From: Vicinamibacterales bacterium
GTDB lineage: Bacteria > Acidobacteriota > Vicinamibacteria > Vicinamibacterales > UBA2999
Direction of reading: 5' to 3'
DNA length: 64,000 nt
NCBI GenBank assembly: GCA_040081265.1
Contig: JBEBGV010000005.1
Location: 40,358 to 104,357 of the forward strand
This document shows positions 61,181 through 64,000 of the stretch, one piece after another. The notes below the pieces were generated by a model that did not search any database, was not told the origin of the DNA, and worked only from the letters and a program-made list of their open reading frames with translations. The first letter of the stretch is position 1. The number at the start of each line of letters is the position of its first letter. The position numbers and the translations under genes are program-made.

Positions 61181-61831
61181 TCAGCGACCCGCCTGGTTGA
61201 CGGTCACGCGCTGTCCTCCGATGGTCACCGTGGCGTGGCGATCGCCTCCAGTGTTCATGGCGACGTCGATGCGGACCGTGTCGGTGCCCGAACCACTCCT
61301 CTGCCGAATGCTCAGCCACGTCTCGGTGGCGCTGGCCGTCCAGGCGCATCCGTCGGGGGCAGTCACCTGAATCCCGAGCGTGCCGGCGTCGAACGACAGA
61401 TTGACCGTGGTCTCGTCGAGCTTGTAGGAGCAGGCCGTGGCCTGCGAGAAGTGCAGCACCTGGCCACCAATGGTCAGGTTCGCCGAACGCGAGTTGGTCA
61501 CCGATGTGTTCTGCTCGACGACCAGCGTCGACGAGCCGCTTCCAGCCCCCGAACCTGGCGACACCGTGGCCCAGCCGGCATCACTTGCCAGGGACCAGGC
61601 ACAGCCAGAACCGGTCGTGATCGTGAGGGTGTATCGCGATCCGGCGCCGGGCACCGAGATTGGCATGCCTCCCACCGACGGCACACAGCCTGACACCGCC
61701 GGTGCGGGCGCTGGCGCCGGGGCCGGAGAGGGCGAGGGTCCTGCTGGTCCGGAAGACGGGCCGCTGCCGTTGTTCCCACCCCCGCACGCGGCCAGGGACA
61801 TCGTCAGTAGCAGTGTCAGAAGGCGTGGCAT
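61181..61831 (-). CDS. Lipoprotein with two BACON-like domains
   Basis: Lipobox LAAC, Pro/Ala linker, two C-A-W...W....GSG...N....R.A..TIGGQ....Q repeats. Confidence 0.88.
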   Translation of the reverse strand: MPRLLTLLLTMSLAACGGGNNGSGPSSGPAGPSPSPAPAPAPAPAVSGCVPSVGGMPISVPGAGSRYTLTITTGSGCAWSLASDAGWATVSPGSGAGSGSSTLVVEQNTSVTNSRSANLTIGGQVLHFSQATACSYKLDETTVNLSFDAGTLGIQVTAPDGCAWTASATETWLSIRQRSGSGTDTVRIDVAMNTGGDRHATVTIGGQRVTVNQAGR

Positions 61832-61975
61832 CTGAAAAGTCATCGAGCCTAGCTAAGCATGAGCCAGGCCAATCGAGCCCTCTGCTCAGGTAGTGCGCAT
61901 AGGACACGTGCCCCACAACACAGCGTGAAGCGTGCGCATACAGGCCGGGTAATTCCTCCCAATTTCGTGGGCGGA

Positions 61976-62791
61976 TCACGAAGTCGGTGCGTCCGGCGCG
62001 CCTGCAAAGGCCGGCGGTACTGCACGCACTGTCAATGCCTGGCCCCAGAGCCGACCGGTCAGACTCGCGAGCGCTGCGGGTGCGGCGGTCGTCCAGATCT
62101 GCTCCCCCGCATCACCGCCAGGCGAGAGCAGGTTCAGGTGCTCGAGGCGATGACGCAGGTGGCTGGCCACTGCAGGTGCGGGGTCGATCAGCGCCACGCC
62201 GTCGCCGGCGATGTCTCGAATCGCGGGGCGAAGAAAGCTGTAGTGCGTGCACCCGAGCACGAGCACGTCGGCTCCCTGGTCGAGAAGCGGCTGCACGTAT
62301 TCCCGAACGCGACCCTCCACTTCACGGCCGCCGAGGTCGCCGCGTTCGACCAGTTCGACCCACCCCGGACATGGCTGAACCGCGATTCTGGTCGCTCCGC
62401 CGTAGCGGACCAGCAGCTTGCTGAATCTGGCGCTCATCGCGGTACGACTCGTAGTCAGGACGCCGACCACGCCCGCACGCGTCTGTTCGACGGCGGGCTT
62501 CACGGCGGGCTCGACACCGATGATGGGTACGGTGTGGGTTGCGCGGAGCGCATCGATGGCCACCGCAGTTGCGGTGTTGCACGCCACAACCAGAGAGGTT
62601 GCGCCCTGCTGAATCAGAAAGTCGGCGAGGGCATGACTGCGTTCAATGACAAATGCGGCGGGCTTGTCGCCATAAGGCGCGTGCGCCGAGTCGGCGACGT
62701 AGAGGAGGGATTCGCCGGGAAGTTCGCGGCGTATCTCGCGAAGGACCGAGAGTCCGCCGACGCCTGAATCAAAGACACCGATCGCGCCCAC
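61976..62791 (-). CDS. murI: Glutamate racemase
   Basis: IGVFDSGVGGLSV, PYG, VACNTA, LGCTHY. Confidence 0.97.
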   Translation of the reverse strand: MGAIGVFDSGVGGLSVLREIRRELPGESLLYVADSAHAPYGDKPAAFVIERSHALADFLIQQGATSLVVACNTATAVAIDALRATHTVPIIGVEPAVKPAVEQTRAGVVGVLTTSRTAMSARFSKLLVRYGGATRIAVQPCPGWVELVERGDLGGREVEGRVREYVQPLLDQGADVLVLGCTHYSFLRPAIRDIAGDGVALIDPAPAVASHLRHRLEHLNLLSPGGDAGEQIWTTAAPAALASLTGRLWGQALTVRAVPPAFAGAPDAPTS

Positions 62792-62872
62792 AGCGGTTCA
62801 TCGTACCGCAATGGACGCGCGGTTTGCGGAGCGACGCCTCGAAGAGGCCTCGCCCCGCGGTCCTCTCACACG

Positions 62873-63334
62873 TCAGTAACCGTCGCCGTCGCACCAGTAC
62901 CCGGCAATACGCGCAGGCGCGTCGTCGCCCATCGTTCTTGCCGCGCGGCGCGAGTGCAGCTTGCAGTACCGCTCGACGTCGGCCGCAGCCTTCATCGCTG
63001 ATTCGATGTCGATGGCCGGTCGGCCCTCGGCATATCGAACCGCGCGCTCACCGAGCATGAAGGCAACGGCGGTCACGTTCTGGCGGTCGACGAGCCAGCG
63101 ATTCCCGAAGTTGCTCATCGCGTTGAGGAACTTGGCGCGGAAGTGATCGTGCCACCAGATCACCGCGTCGTACTCGACGGTGGCGCGCATCCCAATCGCC
63201 TGACCAACTGCAAAGAAGCAGTCGTTGACGATGAACTCGACGGCGCGTTCGAGCTCAACGATGTCGTGAACGTCGGTCCGGTCAGGTGCCCCCGCCGGAG
63301 TCGTCAGACCAATCTCAGAGAAGTTCGAATTCAC
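62873..63334 (-). CDS. Hypothetical protein A, histone-fold-like pattern, paralog of 63382-63747
   Basis: AAAGGAGG RBS before GTG; gapless 45/99 identity with the neighbouring ORF. Confidence 0.8.
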   Translation of the reverse strand: MNSNFSEIGLTTPAGAPDRTDVHDIVELERAVEFIVNDCFFAVGQAIGMRATVEYDAVIWWHDHFRAKFLNAMSNFGNRWLVDRQNVTAVAFMLGERAVRYAEGRPAIDIESAMKAAADVERYCKLHSRRAARTMGDDAPARIAGYWCDGDGY

Positions 63335-63381
63335 GGGGGGCCTCCTTTGCCACTCCGGAAGTTAGTAGGGGCGTGTATGAA

Positions 63382-63747
63382 CTAGAACGAAGGTGAGGGA
63401 GGTTCCGTACAGCGGCCATCGTCAAAAGCTTCGCGCCTGGCGTTCATCTGACAGCCTCGCTCGATTTCTGCCGATGCCTTCTCGGCCGCAGCGATGTCGA
63501 TCACGGGCTGTTCACCCGCGTGCGCCTTGGCCTGAAGGCCGAGGTAGCGCCCGACAGCGGTCACCCGGCGTCGGTCGCCGGTCCACGAGTTGCCCTTGGC
63601 GTCCATGGCGTGCAGGAAGGCCGCCCGGTAGCGCGTGTGCCACCAGACTACGGTTTCGAAGTCCAGGCCCTTGTCGGTGCCCACGGCCTGACCCAGTGCG
63701 AGGAAACAGTCGGGGAGGATGTAGTCGATTTCCTGAGATGGCGTCAT
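63382..63747 (-). CDS. Hypothetical protein B, histone-fold-like pattern, paralog of 62873-63334
   Basis: GAGG RBS before ATG 63747; shares DCF, GQA.G, WWH, GN.W..DR, VTAV, IDI, ER.C. Confidence 0.8.
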   Translation of the reverse strand: MTPSQEIDYILPDCFLALGQAVGTDKGLDFETVVWWHTRYRAAFLHAMDAKGNSWTGDRRRVTAVGRYLGLQAKAHAGEQPVIDIAAAEKASAEIERGCQMNARREAFDDGRCTEPPSPSF

Positions 63748-63804
63748 GACAGACCTCAGCACGCGGAACCGTGCGTTGCCTGGTAGAACGCCAGAACCAG
63801 CGAA

Positions 63805-64000
63805 TCAGTACAGGGAGTGGCCGCGCAGCGTCTGGGAGGTCCCGGTGAAGACCGGACGAATCGTCTGAAGCTTCATGCGGAAGTCAGCCGCCGATGCCGG
63901 TCGACGCTCGCGTACAAGTGACAGGGCGTCGTAGAGGAAGGTGGCCAGCGGAGCCGGACAGTCTGGCTGGAAGTCACGCACGTCTGGAAGACGGACGGAC
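63805..64000 (-). CDS. C-terminal end of a probable Hanks Ser/Thr kinase (5'-partial, not in ORF track)
   Basis: Manual translation: SVRLPDVRDFQPDCPAPLATFLYDALSLVRERRPASAADFRMKLQ...HSLY-stop; matches the subdomain X/XI pattern P..L..AL....RRP.SA. Confidence 0.65.
   Translation of the reverse strand, partial: SVRLPDVRDFQPDCPAPLATFLYDALSLVRERRPASAADFRMKLQTIRPVFTGTSQTLRGHSLY

Noticed and set aside
1-64000. tRNA, rRNA, riboswitch, prophage or IS element
   Set aside because: None recognised; intergenic gaps are short. A covariance-model scan would be needed to exclude small RNAs.

Overview
High-GC (about two-thirds by eye), gene-dense bacterial DNA. The repertoire (DUF1592/DUF1552/ankyrin operon, wHTH-TolB and wHTH-TPR regulators, BlaI/M56 pairs, DUF4097, DUF5916, BACON, Hanks kinases) suggests Acidobacteriota, probably Vicinamibacterales; this is an inference. 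About 52 credible CDSs are present, including two RND efflux loci, pssA, a 3'-truncated cardiolipin synthase, a 1378-aa FN3 surface protein, a TMTC-like glycosyltransferase, a DesK/DesR-like two-component system, map, two BlaI-M56 modules, lhr, rsmH, a solo divergent MutS ATPase, aas, vapBC and murI. No rRNA, tRNA, CRISPR array, transposase or integrase was seen. Most notable: (1) at the right edge, two tandem paralogous small proteins (45/99 identical, no gaps) with a histone-fold-like pattern, directly downstream of a Ser/Thr kinase; (2) both BlaI promoters carry paired TGCTA-N6-TAGCA operators that differ at two positions; (3) a solo MutS-like gene preceded by a canonical G-quadruplex motif; (4) GTAG-type REP hairpins, one in frame inside a kinase remnant; (5) many apparent leaderless starts and two sigma54 promoters in front of uncharacterised small genes. 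All family calls are by eye, with no database search.
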